This document shows, one piece after another, positions 45,852 through 56,510 of a stretch of 64,000 nucleotides of DNA. Position 1 is the first letter of the stretch. Each line of letters opens with the position of its first letter. Below the pieces are notes generated by a model, which was not told the DNA's origin, did no database searches, and saw nothing but the letters and a program-made list of their open reading frames with translations. Position numbers and translations under genes: made by a program. This DNA is from Candidatus Caldisaccharidevorator sinensis (GTDB lineage: Bacteria; Armatimonadota; Fervidibacteria; Fervidibacterales; Fervidibacteraceae): NCBI GenBank assembly GCA_032161505.1, contig JAVKTG010000002.1; one strand, written 5' to 3'.

Positions 45852-47312
45852 ATGACCGTTGAAGTCGTCGGTTGTAAGGTCTTCTTCATCCGACTCTGGA
45901 TGCGGATGCCGCTTAAGTTTGGTCGGGAGACGGTCACAGAGGTGACTTGCTCTCGCGTCGCCCTGAGACTACGGTCGGACGAAGGCGTTTTAGCAGTCGG
46001 CTGGGGAGAAACTCCCCTTATTCCCCAATGGGCTTGGCTATCGGATCTGTCTTACGCCTATCGCTTAGAGAGGATGAAAGACCTGACCCGCCGTTTGGCT
46101 GAGGTCCTTCCCATCGCGTCGGCATCTGGTGACGTCTTTGAGGTCGGCTGGCATTGGATGGAAGGTCTTTTGCCCGACCTTCTCAACCGATTTGGTTCAA
46201 AAGGGATCGGTCAGGAACCGATACCGTGGCTTGCCGCCCTGATCTGCCTCTCCCCTTTTGACCTGGCTCTCCACGACGGTTGGGGACGTCTACTGAATCG
46301 CCCAACATACCAAACCTACCGCCCGCCATTCCTGAGAAAAGACCTCTCTTTCTATCTCCGACCTGCCTCCTGGTCCTTGGAACCGGTCCATCCTGACCGA
46401 TCCTTGACAGAAAGAGTCCCCAAGCCATCGGTTACCTTTGAAGGGCTCTCTCCGGCACACTTTTTGGATCCCGATCCGCCCCAGCAGTTGATCGCATGGC
46501 ATTTGGTCGGCGCAAGGGACCCCTTGACCGAAGAGGATCGGACCAAAGATGAACCGGACGACGGTCATCCCGTCCTGCTGACGGATTGGATCGCTCGGGA
46601 CGGGCTTAAGTGCCTCAAGGTGAAACTCTTGGGCTCTGACTGGGACTGGGATTATCAGCGCTTCCTTCGGGTCGGTCAGATCGCCAGAAAAACGGGCGTA
46701 CAGTGGCTATCGGCAGATTTCAATTGCACCGTGCAAGACCCGGATTATGTCAGGACTTTTCTCGACCGCCTCCTGAAGGAAGAGGGTGAGATTTACCAAA
46801 GGCTTCTCTACATTGAGCAGCCCTTCCCCTACGATTTGGAAGAGCATCTGATTGATGTTCACTCTCTTTCCGGCTTGAAACCGATCTTTATGGACGAGAG
46901 CGCCCACGATTGGAGGTACATTCGTCTCGGCAGGCAGTTGGGGTGGAACGGAGTGGCACTAAAAACCTGCAAGACCCAAACGGGCGCTCTCCTCTCGCTT
47001 TGCTGGGCTCGCGCCCATGGAATGGCGGTAATGGTTCAGGACCTGACCAACCCGATGCTGGCTCAGATCACTCACCTGCTTCTGGCAGCCCACGCACGAA
47101 CCCTGATGGGCGTTGAAACCAACTCTATGCAGTTCTATCCGGAAGGATCGTCCTTTGAAGCGAAGATCCACCCCGGAATGTTCCGTCGCAGGAACGGAAT
47201 GGTGGATATCAGCACCGCTACCGGACCGGGGTTCGGCTACCGCATAGACGAAATCGGAAGACCCCTTCCCGACCCCGATTGGGTTTCCGGTCATTGGGAC
47301 GATCCCTCATGA
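45852..47312 (+). CDS. Enolase-superfamily enzyme (mandelate racemase / muconate lactonizing enzyme-like)
   Basis: LKCLKVKLLG (KxK motif), YIEQPFP and FMDESAHDW (metal-ligand D/E/D positions). The start is taken at MTVEVVGCKVFFIRL, which is the typical MR/MLE N-terminus. Confidence 0.7.
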   Translation: MTVEVVGCKVFFIRLWMRMPLKFGRETVTEVTCSRVALRLRSDEGVLAVGWGETPLIPQWAWLSDLSYAYRLERMKDLTRRLAEVLPIASASGDVFEVGWHWMEGLLPDLLNRFGSKGIGQEPIPWLAALICLSPFDLALHDGWGRLLNRPTYQTYRPPFLRKDLSFYLRPASWSLEPVHPDRSLTERVPKPSVTFEGLSPAHFLDPDPPQQLIAWHLVGARDPLTEEDRTKDEPDDGHPVLLTDWIARDGLKCLKVKLLGSDWDWDYQRFLRVGQIARKTGVQWLSADFNCTVQDPDYVRTFLDRLLKEEGEIYQRLLYIEQPFPYDLEEHLIDVHSLSGLKPIFMDESAHDWRYIRLGRQLGWNGVALKTCKTQTGALLSLCWARAHGMAVMVQDLTNPMLAQITHLLLAAHARTLMGVETNSMQFYPEGSSFEAKIHPGMFRRRNGMVDISTATGPGFGYRIDEIGRPLPDPDWVSGHWDDPS

Positions 47313-48250
47313 AGAGGATCGTCACGGTCACTCTCAACCCTGCCATTGACCGCACCCTGGTGATCCCCAGCCCCGTTTTCGAGAGAGTCGTTCGGGTTCT
47401 TGAGACTTATGAGTACCCTTCTGGTAAGGGAGTTAATGTGGCACGGGTTCTCAAGAGAAGGGGTTTTTCTGTCCTTTGCTTGGGCTTCTTTGGCGGCGCT
47501 AATGGCAAGAAGTTGATTCAGGGGTTGCAGAAGGAGGGTCTGGACCACGACTTCACTCTGATAGAAGGCGAGACGCGAGGGAGCCTGACAATAAGGGATC
47601 CGACCTCCCGGCTGGAAGGGCATCTGGTAGAATCGGGACCCTTTATCTCAGAGAAAGAAAAGGTTCATTTCTTGAAGGTTTATTTGAGATCTTTGAAGGT
47701 CGCCGAGTTCATCGCCCTTTGCGGATCACTACCGCCGGGACTGGGCGAAGATTTCTACGCCCTTTTGGCATCCGAGGCGCGCAGGGCGGGAATACCGGTG
47801 GCTTTGGATACCAGCGGGGCACCTTTGCAGCGAGCCCTTCTCGCCAAGCCCCAAATTGTCAAGCCTAACCGCCAGGAACTTTCTCAAATCAGCGGAAGGT
47901 CCTTGGTTACTGAATCGGATCTCAAGGAAAGACTGGTCCGGTTAGTGACGGACTGGGAAGTCAGCTGGGCGACGGTCTCCCTCGGGAAAGAGGGAATGAT
48001 CGGAACCGATGGAAAAACGATGTGGAAAGGCGTGCCGCCCTTAGTCAATCCCGTCAATACGATCGGCTCTGGCGATGCGGCTCTGGCAGGTCTGATAGAG
48101 GCCTGGGTGACGGGTCGGTCCCTTAAGGAAGCAGTCCACCTTGCTGTGGTGCTGGGCACTGCCAACATTCTGGTCGACGGACCCGGTTACATCCGAGAGG
48201 AAGACGTTACGAAATTGATGGGGACGGTGCGGGTCTTTGCCCTTGACTGA
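47309..48250 (+). CDS. PfkB-family sugar kinase (1-phosphofructokinase / tagatose-6-phosphate kinase-like)
   Basis: MKRIVTVTLNPAIDRT...YPSGKGVNVA...DTSG...GSGDA matches the FruK/LacC pattern. Its ATG overlaps the enolase-superfamily stop (ATGA). Confidence 0.7.
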   Translation: MKRIVTVTLNPAIDRTLVIPSPVFERVVRVLETYEYPSGKGVNVARVLKRRGFSVLCLGFFGGANGKKLIQGLQKEGLDHDFTLIEGETRGSLTIRDPTSRLEGHLVESGPFISEKEKVHFLKVYLRSLKVAEFIALCGSLPPGLGEDFYALLASEARRAGIPVALDTSGAPLQRALLAKPQIVKPNRQELSQISGRSLVTESDLKERLVRLVTDWEVSWATVSLGKEGMIGTDGKTMWKGVPPLVNPVNTIGSGDAALAGLIEAWVTGRSLKEAVHLAVVLGTANILVDGPGYIREEDVTKLMGTVRVFALD

Positions 48251-48259
48251 AAGATGGTG

Positions 48260-48994
48260 TCATTTAAGCCAGCGACCGCCGTCAACGGGGATGATAGCGC
48301 CCGTGACGTAGGAGCATCGGATGCAAAAGAGGACCGCTTCAACAGCATCCTGAGGCGTTCCGATTCTACCCAGTAAGGTTCGGCTCTTCATCTTCTCCGC
48401 CCACTCGTCCCCGTCGCCAGCGTCCGGAGGCAGGACAGTGCCCAGCGCCACGGCGTTCACCCGAATTTCCGGTGCCAAGAGCCGAGCCAAACCGACAGTC
48501 AGGCTGATGACACCCGCTTTCGAGACGCAGTAGGGCAGAAATTGGGTCCAGGGTCGCAGGGCGGAGGTGTCGGTGATGTTGACAATGACCCCATCTGTCG
48601 TTGACTTGAGATAGGGAGTAGCATAATACGAGCACAGAAAGACGCTGGTCACGTTGGCCTCAAGAAAAGTTCGGAAGACGTCCCCGTTCAGCGTTTCCCA
48701 GGGAGTCCGATAAAAGATCGCCGCATTATTGACGACGATGTCCAGCCGACCCATCTTATGATGGACCGTCTCCATCATCTCCCTAACTTCATCTTCCACC
48801 GTCAGATCGGCACGAACGGTGAAAGCCCGCACCCCTTTTTCGGCAGCGATCCCTGCTGTCGCTTCTGCTTCCTGTGCCGAAGTCCGGTAGTGGACGGCTA
48901 TCGATGCGCCCCGATCGGCTAACGCTTCAGCGATGGCTTTACCCAGCCTTTTTGCTCCCCCGGTTATGAGAGCGACCTTTCCTTTCAGTTCCAT
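48260..48994 (-). CDS. SDR family NAD(P)-dependent oxidoreductase
   Basis: KVALITGGAKRLGKAIA (TGxxxGxG), NNAA, and YxxxK (YCVSKAG). Confidence 0.8.
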   Translation of the reverse strand: MELKGKVALITGGAKRLGKAIAEALADRGASIAVHYRTSAQEAEATAGIAAEKGVRAFTVRADLTVEDEVREMMETVHHKMGRLDIVVNNAAIFYRTPWETLNGDVFRTFLEANVTSVFLCSYYATPYLKSTTDGVIVNITDTSALRPWTQFLPYCVSKAGVISLTVGLARLLAPEIRVNAVALGTVLPPDAGDGDEWAEKMKSRTLLGRIGTPQDAVEAVLFCIRCSYVTGAIIPVDGGRWLK

Positions 48995-49002
48995 AAATCC
49001 TC

Positions 49003-50097
49003 TCAGTCCCCTCTGAGGACCGACTCGTAGACCGCCAGGTGACGCTGGACCGCGTGCTCCAAAGTATTGGTTCGCCGGTAAAGTTCCGCCTTTTCCTCTA
49101 AGTATCTCAAAATGTCCCGATCCTCTCGCACCTTCCGGACCGTCTCTGCCAAATCTTCGGTGCTGGTCGTCAAAAGAATCGCTTGCGATTCCTGTGCTAG
49201 TTCCCTGATGGGAGGCAGATCCGTTGCGATGATCGGCTTACCATAGGAAAGGGCTGTCATCAGAGAAGCGGAACCGGTGACGGTCCGAAAGGGAGCCACC
49301 ACCACATCGGCCGCCGCCATGACCGTCGGCAGGTCGTCTTCGGACACATAGCCGAGGAAGTTGACCCGATTGCGACATCGGCTTTGGGCTACTAATTTCT
49401 GCAGCCTTTGATAATAGCCGGAACGGTCCAAAGGGTGGGGACCGCCTGCCACCAACAGGACGGTGTCGTCAGGAAACGATTCCATCGCGCTGATCAGGGA
49501 GTCGTAACCCCTTCTCTCGACGACGAAGCCGAACCCGAGGAGGACGAACCTATCGGTGATATTGAGTCGCCTGCGGCTCTCTTGACGATTCGCAGAGGCA
49601 TTGCGATCAGGCACCCAGAGGGGTATCACGGTCACCCTCTTCCCCGTCCAAGAAGAGAGCACCGACCCGGACGACCGACTGGTAGCAATGAGATGCCGAA
49701 TGAAAGGAGACCTGAAAATGCGCACCTGCTCCCAGACCTTCAAGGCTTTCATAACCAAAGTTCCCGATAAGTCTATTTCGTGAACGGTCACCACTGTCGG
49801 GCAGGAGCACGCTCTAACAAAAAAAGGGAGCAGGTTACGAAAGGGCCTCAACCCACCGAAGAAAGCGGGAACGAATTGCACGTGAACCAGATCTGCTGAA
49901 GAAGTCAAACGAACAGTCCGTCTCAGATAGACGCGCTCCCGGAAAAACCCGCTCGTTAAACCTTGGGACCTCCAGACCTGGGGACCGACGGGCAAGACCG
50001 TAATAGCGTGTTGGCGATAGCGACGCAGACCGTCAACCAATTGGCGGGTATACTCAGCGATGCCACACGGAACCTGCCAACTGGCCACCATCGCCAC
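49003..50097 (-). CDS. Glycosyltransferase family 4 (GT-B retaining)
   Basis: The C-terminal half VLLVAGGPHP...NFLGYVSEDDLPTVMAAADVVVAPF...E..GSASLMTALSYGKPIIATD is the GT4/RfaG signature. Confidence 0.75.
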   Translation of the reverse strand: MAMVASWQVPCGIAEYTRQLVDGLRRYRQHAITVLPVGPQVWRSQGLTSGFFRERVYLRRTVRLTSSADLVHVQFVPAFFGGLRPFRNLLPFFVRACSCPTVVTVHEIDLSGTLVMKALKVWEQVRIFRSPFIRHLIATSRSSGSVLSSWTGKRVTVIPLWVPDRNASANRQESRRRLNITDRFVLLGFGFVVERRGYDSLISAMESFPDDTVLLVAGGPHPLDRSGYYQRLQKLVAQSRCRNRVNFLGYVSEDDLPTVMAAADVVVAPFRTVTGSASLMTALSYGKPIIATDLPPIRELAQESQAILLTTSTEDLAETVRKVREDRDILRYLEEKAELYRRTNTLEHAVQRHLAVYESVLRGD

Positions 50098-50120
50098 TTT
50101 CTTGGTGGCGATACCGATGG

Positions 50121-50390
50121 TCAGGACACCTCTATTTGCGTAATCCTTTCGCCGGCACGCTCCGCTTGGCGGATCTTTTCGTCCACCATCGCCCGGATGG
50201 CTTTCAGAACTTCTACCTCGGCACTGATCAGATGTCGGGCTGCTTCCTCTCCGATCAGAGAGACAATGGCATCGCTGATCCGCCTTTTGAGAGACTTTCT
50301 TTTTTTCCTCGGTTCCTCTCCCTCTTCTTCTTCAACGACTTTCACTTCCTCTGTGGGCGGTCTGCGGCGAGCCATTGGCATTCCCTCCAC
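50121..50390 (-). CDS. Small charged hypothetical protein (89 aa) upstream of the GT4 gene
   Basis: It fills the gap between the GT4 start and the divergent Gfo/Idh/MocA gene. The N-terminus is basic/acidic and low-complexity, followed by a helical ISDAIVSLIGEEAARHLISAEVEVLKAIRAMVDEKIRQAE. GGAGGG and GGAAGGA RBS-like motifs lie near alternative ATGs. Confidence 0.35.
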   Translation of the reverse strand: MEGMPMARRRPPTEEVKVVEEEEGEEPRKKRKSLKRRISDAIVSLIGEEAARHLISAEVEVLKAIRAMVDEKIRQAERAGERITQIEVS

Positions 50391-50453
50391 AGCAGCTTGC
50401 TGATCTTGCCGATAAAATTATGGGGCTACTTGAAGGGGAGGAGGAGGTTTGTG

Positions 50454-51431
50454 ATGGACAAGGTCAGGATCGGATTCATCGGATGTGGTGGGATTGCCGG
50501 TCTTCACATGAACAACCTTTCCCGCTTAGAGGGTGTGGAACTGAAAGCCTTTTGCGATGTGGACGAGGACCGGGCTCGGTCTTGCGCTGACCGATTTTCG
50601 GGGCGCTTTTACACTGACCACAAGAAAATGATCGAGAACGAGGAACTGGACGCCGTTTATGTCTGCATTCCGCCCGCTGCCCATACGGATCAAGAAATCC
50701 TCGTGGCGCAGAAGGGCTGGGCTCTGTTTGTGGAAAAGCCTGTGGCGAGAGACCTGGACACCGCCCGGCGGGTTCGGGATGAGATTCAGAAGGCGGGGAT
50801 CATCAATGCCGTCGGCTACCATTTCCGCTACATGGATGGAACCGATCTGATGAAGGATCGGCTGGACGGGAAGACGATCGGTATGGCTCTCGGTTACTGG
50901 ATGGGTGGACTGCCCGGTGTGCCTTGGTGGAGGCGATTGGACCTTTCGGGAGGGCAACTGGTGGAGCAGACGACCCATATCTTTGACCTGGCGCGTTATC
51001 TGGTCGGTGAGATCGTTCGGGTTTGCGGGGCAACGGCTCTCCGATTCCTCCATCAGATGCCGGACTTAGATGTGCCCGATGTCGGTGCCGTTGTCGTCTG
51101 GTTTGACAACGGTGCCATCGGAATGATTGCCAATACGTGCTTGCTCCCGATGGGTTACACGACAGGGCTTCATATCATCACACCTGATCTGATCGCCGAA
51201 CTCTCTTGGGGAGGTGTCAAGTTCATTCATCCCGGTCGTCAAGAGGAGATCCGCCACCGACGAGACGGTCATCAGTATGAAACCGCCGTTTTTGTTGAAG
51301 CAGTCCGGACGGGCAATCAGACAATAATTCGCAGCGATTACGCCGATGCCGTTCGCACCCTCGCTGCAACTCTGGCTGCCGTACAATCCGCCGACAAGGG
51401 CGGAGTTCCCATCGTTCCCGAGAAGGGGTAG
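50454..51431 (+). CDS. Gfo/Idh/MocA family NAD(P)-dependent oxidoreductase
   Basis: MDKVRIGFIGCGGIAGLHMNNL Rossmann N-terminus with a GGAGGAGG RBS. The ORF-track start at 50136 is a spurious 106-codon extension. Confidence 0.8.
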   Translation: MDKVRIGFIGCGGIAGLHMNNLSRLEGVELKAFCDVDEDRARSCADRFSGRFYTDHKKMIENEELDAVYVCIPPAAHTDQEILVAQKGWALFVEKPVARDLDTARRVRDEIQKAGIINAVGYHFRYMDGTDLMKDRLDGKTIGMALGYWMGGLPGVPWWRRLDLSGGQLVEQTTHIFDLARYLVGEIVRVCGATALRFLHQMPDLDVPDVGAVVVWFDNGAIGMIANTCLLPMGYTTGLHIITPDLIAELSWGGVKFIHPGRQEEIRHRRDGHQYETAVFVEAVRTGNQTIIRSDYADAVRTLAATLAAVQSADKGGVPIVPEKG

Positions 51432-51444
51432 GGATCAACTGGCT

Positions 51445-52546
51445 TTAGGTTTTGACCATTTGCTTCTTAAGGGCAGCAGTGATGAGGGGATCGAGATCGC
51501 CATCCAGCACCCGTTCTACGTCGCTGATCTCAACCCCCGTTCTCAAGTCCTTGACCAACTTATAAGGGTGCAGGACGTAACTTCTGATCTGACTGCCAAA
51601 ACTGATTTCGGGTTGGTCGCCCCGAATCTGTGCCAGTTCTTCCTGTCGCTTCTTCTCTTCCAGTTGCGCTAGTTTGGCGCGCAAAAGTTTGAGGGCGACT
51701 TCCCGGTTGCGATACTGGCTCCTCTCTGACTGACAGGTCACCGTCAGACCGGTCGGCTTGTGGGTCACCCGAACCGCCGTCTCGTTCTTCTGCATATGTT
51801 GACCGCCCGGACCGCTGGACCGAAAGGTCTCCCATTCCAGATCGTCCTCTTTGATTTCCACCTGCAGATCGCCGCCGACATCAGGGATCACATCCACTGC
51901 AGCGAAGGAAGTGTGACGGCGATGATTGGCGTCAAAGGGAGACAATCGTACGAGGCGATGGACCCCGTGTTCGGTTTTGAGAAACCCGTAGGCGTAGGGT
52001 CCCCTCACGAGAGCCGTGACCCTCTTGAGCCCTGCCGCTTCCCCGGGACCGTAATCTAAAACCTCAAATTGAAAGCCCTTGGATTCCGCCCAGCGGCGAT
52101 ACATCCGGGCGAGCATCTCCGCCCAATCCTGAGCATCTGTTCCACCGGCTCCCGGGGTGATGGTCAGAATGGCGTCCTGCCCGTCGTGAGGTCCGGAAAG
52201 AAGTGCCTTCATCTCGGCACTTTCAACGGCGGTCTCCAGTTGTTGAAGGTGGCGGCGCAGGTCTTCTGCTAATTGAGGGTCCTCCTCTTCGTCGACCACC
52301 GCCGCCAGGTCCCGAGCCTCGGCGACTTCTTTCTCCAGCCGATCATACTCTTCAATCTCGCTGCGCAGGCGCCCCTCTTCCTGTTGAAGGGCTACTGCCA
52401 TGTCCCCGTCCGACCAGACGTCCGGCTTGCTGAGTTGGGCTTCCAACTGGGCGATGCGCTCTCTCTTCTTTGCCAATTCAAAGAGCATCCCCCAGGTCTC
52501 TGACCCGGGTCAGCAGCTCTCTCGCTTTCTCCTCCATTCGGCTCAT
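51445..52546 (-). CDS. prfB: Peptide chain release factor 2, requires a programmed +1 ribosomal frameshift
   Basis: The short ORF1 MSRMEEKARELLTRVRDLGDAL ends at CTT TGA. The +1 frame continues ELAKKRERIAQLEAQLSKPDVW...SGPGGQHMQ (GGQ motif) through to the stop at 51445. A GGGGG Shine-Dalgarno-like element lies just upstream of the shift site. Confidence 0.9.
52475..52492 (-). promoter_or_regulatory. prfB +1 frameshift site (internal SD-like GGGGG, then CUU UGA)
   Basis: Minus strand reads ...CTGGGGGATGCTCTTTGAATTGG. The in-frame TGA is at 52480..52478. Confidence 0.85.
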
Positions 52547-52609
52547 AAGGATCTCCCCGTTTTCCCGATGGTATCGTGCCCTTTATCTTTTTCAGGTTTT
52601 TCAGGTGTG

Positions 52610-55120
52610 TCAGCCTTCAGAGGGCGAGAACAGGTCCCCTGACTGGTCCGCACCCGATAGGGCGGGGACTCCCGTGCGGATCGTCAGCTGTGCCGTAGTC
52701 GGGTCCAGGTCCACCGTAACGGTATCCCCTTCCTTCACTTCCCCGATGAGGATCTTCTCCGACAACGGATCCGCCACATAGGACTGAAGGACCCGCCGTA
52801 ACGGACGGGCACCGTAATATTTGTCGTATCCCAGGTCTGCCAGTTTCTCCTTCGCCTCATCTGTCACGATCAGTTCCATGTTCTTCTGCGCCAGTTCTTC
52901 CCTCAGCGGTCGCAACTCCGTGTCCACGATGTTCAAAACATGATGCCTCTGGAGGGGTTGGAAGATGATCACCTCGTCGACCCGGTTGCGAAATTCGGCG
53001 CTGAACCGCTCCTCGTAGAGTTTGCGCATCCTTTTCTCCATCTCGCTGAAGACCTTGGACTCAAGAGCCTCGTCGGCTTCCTGCTTGAATCCCAACCGTG
53101 CTTCGCCCAACTCGTGCTGAAAGCCTCTGTATCCGATGTTGCTGGTCATAATCAGAATCGCATTGCGGAAGTCCACCGTCCGCCCCTGGGCGTCTGTTAA
53201 GCGCCCCTCGTCCATTATCTGCAAGAGGATGTTGGTGACCTCGGGATGGGCTCTGTCAAACTCGTCCAGAAGGACGACCGAGAAGGGTCGGCGCCGGACC
53301 GCTTCGGTCAATTGACCGCCCTCCTCGTAACCGACATAGCCCGGCGGCGCTCCAACCAGTCGGGAGACCGTGTGCCTCTCGGTGTACTCGCTCATATCTA
53401 TCCGGATCAGAGCGTCCTGAGTGCCAAATAAAAACTCCGCTAGGGCACGGGCCAGCAGGGTCTTTCCGACGCCTGTCGGTCCGAGGAAGACGAAAGCACC
53501 CGTCGGTCGCCTCGGATCCTTCAGACCCGCCCGTGCCCTTCGGATGGCGCGAGCGAGAGCGGTGACGGCTATGTCCTGACCGATCACCCTCTCTTTAAGA
53601 ACTTCTTCCATCTTCATCAGCCGGCGGGTTTCATCCTCTGTCAACCGAGAGACGGGTACCCCGGTCCATTCGGCGACCACCATCGCCACATCATTTTCCG
53701 TTACCGTCGGCAGTTCTTCTGACTGCCTCTCCTGCCAACTCGCCTCCAGTTCCTGGACTCGCTCCTGCAGTTCCTCCAATTTCTTCCGGTAAAACTCCGC
53801 CTGATTGAAGTCCCGTTCCTGGATGGCCGTCTCCTTCAGTGCCCGGAGCCGCTCGATTTCCTTGTTCAACTCCGTCAGTTCCCTGGGAGGGAAGTTGTGG
53901 CTCAGTTTGACCCGAGCGCTGGCTTCGTCCATCACATCTATCGCCTTATCGGGAAGCCTTCTATCGGTGATGTAGCGTTGTGCCAGGCGCGCCGCTGCGT
54001 AAATGGCTTTCTCGTCCCAGATCACTCGGTGGAAGTCTTCGTAAGTCGTTCGCAACCCTTTGAGGATCTCCACCGTTTGCTCCAGGCTCGGCTCCCCCAC
54101 ATAGACGGGCTGGAACCGTCGCTCGAGAGCCGAATGCTTCTCAATGTATCGGCGGTACTCTTCCAAAGTCGTTGCGCCGATGCAGCGCAGTTCCCCTCGG
54201 GCGAGAGCCGGTTTGAGGATGTTGGAAGCGTCAATAGCTCCCTCGGCAGCACCAGCACCGACAATCGTGTGAAGTTCGTCAATGAACACCAGAATCTGCC
54301 CCTGAGACTGGCGAATCTCGTTCATCACCCGTTTCATTCTCTCTTCAAACTCGCCCCGATACTTGGTCCCTGCAACGATCGCCGCCAGGTCCAGCGCCAC
54401 CAACCTCTTATCCTGAAGGGGCTCTGGTACATCCCTATTGACGATCCTCCGTGCCAGCCCCTCCACGATCGCCGTCTTGCCGACCCCCGCGTCGCCGACG
54501 AGGACCGGATTGTTCTTGGTCCTGCGGCAGAGGATCTGGATGACCCGTTCAATTTCCGAGTCCCTTCCGATGACCGGGTCCAGTTTCCCTTCAATGGCTA
54601 ACTGGGTCAGATCCCTACTGAAAGCGTCCAGGGCGGGCGTGTTGGTCTTCTTTCGGAACTGAGGCGCTGACCCTGTCTCTTCCGCCTTCAAGTCGTATAC
54701 CTTCCTTCGGACCTCCTCAAACCGCACGCTGTATTTCTGCAAGATTTTCGCCGCTAAACCTTGTTTCTCTTTAAGGAGACCCAGAAGGATGTGGGAGGTA
54801 TCAATCTGAGGATCGTTCATTGCCCTTGCTTCCTCCGCCGCCCGCACCAGCACCTGCTTGGCCGGCGTCGTCAGACTCGGCTGACTGACCGGTCCGTGGG
54901 ACGAAGCCGACGCTCTCAGCTGATTCTCCAGTTCCATCCGCAACCGATGGATGTCCACACCCAGCCGCTCCAGGATCTGCACGGCAAGGGTGTCCTCTTC
55001 CTCTAAGAGCGCCAGCAAGATGTGATCCGAGGAGATGTAGGACGATCGCAGGCGCATCGCCCACTCGTCCGCCCTGAGGAGGACCTTTCGCGCCCTTTCC
55101 GTGTAACGATCATACGACAT
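52610..55120 (-). CDS. clpC: ATP-dependent Clp protease ATP-binding subunit ClpC (two AAA+ modules, N-terminal Clp repeat domain)
   Basis: N-terminal [24 protein letters not shown]...[11 protein letters not shown] (Clp_N repeats). Walker A motifs GDAGVGKT and GPTGVGKT. 836 aa. Confidence 0.85.
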   Translation of the reverse strand: MSYDRYTERARKVLLRADEWAMRLRSSYISSDHILLALLEEEDTLAVQILERLGVDIHRLRMELENQLRASASSHGPVSQPSLTTPAKQVLVRAAEEARAMNDPQIDTSHILLGLLKEKQGLAAKILQKYSVRFEEVRRKVYDLKAEETGSAPQFRKKTNTPALDAFSRDLTQLAIEGKLDPVIGRDSEIERVIQILCRRTKNNPVLVGDAGVGKTAIVEGLARRIVNRDVPEPLQDKRLVALDLAAIVAGTKYRGEFEERMKRVMNEIRQSQGQILVFIDELHTIVGAGAAEGAIDASNILKPALARGELRCIGATTLEEYRRYIEKHSALERRFQPVYVGEPSLEQTVEILKGLRTTYEDFHRVIWDEKAIYAAARLAQRYITDRRLPDKAIDVMDEASARVKLSHNFPPRELTELNKEIERLRALKETAIQERDFNQAEFYRKKLEELQERVQELEASWQERQSEELPTVTENDVAMVVAEWTGVPVSRLTEDETRRLMKMEEVLKERVIGQDIAVTALARAIRRARAGLKDPRRPTGAFVFLGPTGVGKTLLARALAEFLFGTQDALIRIDMSEYTERHTVSRLVGAPPGYVGYEEGGQLTEAVRRRPFSVVLLDEFDRAHPEVTNILLQIMDEGRLTDAQGRTVDFRNAILIMTSNIGYRGFQHELGEARLGFKQEADEALESKVFSEMEKRMRKLYEERFSAEFRNRVDEVIIFQPLQRHHVLNIVDTELRPLREELAQKNMELIVTDEAKEKLADLGYDKYYGARPLRRVLQSYVADPLSEKILIGEVKEGDTVTVDLDPTTAQLTIRTGVPALSGADQSGDLFSPSEG

Positions 55121-55215
55121 TCTTTTCTCTCTCCCTTACGGAGCCTTCTGCCCAGCCCCAGGCGCCCCGATTCCTAAATTAATTCTACCATAATCTCCTT
55201 TCACTGGCAAGGACC

Positions 55216-56154
55216 TCATTGCTCCTCATCAATCGGCTCTCCTATCTCCCGGACAAAATCCCGGAACCTTCCCAGCAGGCGCCGGGTCACCGGTCCCACC
55301 TCGCCCGCCCCGATGACCCGTCCGTCCACCTTAACCACCGGCATAATTTCTGCTCCCGTCCCCGTTAGGAAGCATTCCTGTGCGGTATAGACATCGTGGA
55401 GGGTTAGAGGAACTTCCTCTGTCTCCAACCCCATCTCCCGACCCAACCTTAGGACCACCCTCCGGGTGATCCCCTTCAGGATCCCCATATGGACCGGGGG
55501 CGTCTTGAGGCGCCCGTCTATGACAAGGAAGATGTTCTCCCCTGTCCCTTCCGCCACATACCCGTCCCAAGTCAGCATCAGCCCTTCCATCTTCCCCCCC
55601 TCGATTGCCTCTATTTTTGCCAGGATGTTGTTCAGATAGTTCAGCGACTTGATGTTGGGGTTCAAAACCTGAGGAGAACTGCGGCGCACCGATACCGTCA
55701 TCAACTCTATCCCTTTCTCATAAAATTCCGAAGGAAAAAGTTCAATCCGGTCGGTGATGATGATCACATTCGGACGGGGGCACTTCCTTGGGTCCAGACC
55801 CAAATCCCCTTCTCCACGGCTGACCACCACCCGGATGTAAGCATCCCTCAGCCCGTTGTCCTTTAGGGTCCGTTTGATCGCCTGACGCATCTCTTCTTTT
55901 TCGTAAGGGATCGTCAGCCAGATCGAACGGGCGCTCTCGTAGAGCCGGTCCAGATGTTCCCTTAGCATAAAGACCTTTCCGTCGTAAGCCCGAATCCCTT
56001 CAAAAACGCCGTCGCCGTAAAGGAAACCGTGGTCGTAAACGGAGACTTTCGCTTCCGACTTGGGAACCAACCGCCCGTTGATCCACACCGCCAATTCGTC
56101 CTTCTTTTCCACCGCTTCCCTTCTCCCTTCCTTCGTCTCCGTTCTCTCTTCCAT
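55216..56154 (-). CDS. ilvE: Branched-chain amino acid aminotransferase (PLP fold type IV)
   Basis: VSVYDHGFLYGDGVFEGIRAYDGKVFMLREHLDRL and later EAGTGENIF are IlvE motifs. The start is taken at MEERTE (56154), which has a GGAG RBS; the upstream GTG at 56163 is also possible. Confidence 0.85.
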   Translation of the reverse strand: MEERTETKEGRREAVEKKDELAVWINGRLVPKSEAKVSVYDHGFLYGDGVFEGIRAYDGKVFMLREHLDRLYESARSIWLTIPYEKEEMRQAIKRTLKDNGLRDAYIRVVVSRGEGDLGLDPRKCPRPNVIIITDRIELFPSEFYEKGIELMTVSVRRSSPQVLNPNIKSLNYLNNILAKIEAIEGGKMEGLMLTWDGYVAEGTGENIFLVIDGRLKTPPVHMGILKGITRRVVLRLGREMGLETEEVPLTLHDVYTAQECFLTGTGAEIMPVVKVDGRVIGAGEVGPVTRRLLGRFRDFVREIGEPIDEEQ

Positions 56155-56510
56155 CTTTTTCACTCCATCCCGATAGACGCACCGGCGGACACTTTTTCAC
56201 GGTCGGAACCTTTTGGTCCCGATCTGCCGCCGGTCTCATCCGTTCCCGACTCGCTTGCCCCAAAGACGCTTCCTCATCACGGCAGACCGCCTAAAGAGAA
56301 AAAAAGAGGGGCAAGAGCCGAAGCGAGGCTAAGGGGCACCCTTTTGAGGGCGATGGTGCCGACGGGCACTTCCGGCGCCTCGCTCCCATCAATCCCTGCC
56401 CCTTTTATTGATTGTAACCCGCCCAAGCGCCTGTAGCGTCGGGTGTTACCCCGAAGGACTAAGGACTTTTTAAAGACCATAACGCACAAGGGGCGAAGGT
56501 ATAAAAACGG

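Noticed and set aside
50136-50453. 106-codon upstream extension of the Gfo/Idh/MocA ORF
   Set aside because: It is not protein-like. The Rossmann N-terminus MDKVRIGFIGCGG starts at 50454 behind a GGAGGAGG RBS. The interval is better explained by the minus-strand small ORF 50121..50390.
56277-56345. Weak stem plus U7 tract (minus strand) about 130 nt upstream of ilvE, with a T-box-like AAAAGGGUGCCCC and a Leu-rich mini-ORF
   Set aside because: The local hairpin is only about 4 bp. The best pairing of the 3' arm is with a segment downstream of the U-tract, which does not fit terminator/antiterminator logic. The T-box motif match is partial, and no specifier loop could be identified by eye. A covariance-model scan (Rfam T-box RF00230) would be needed.
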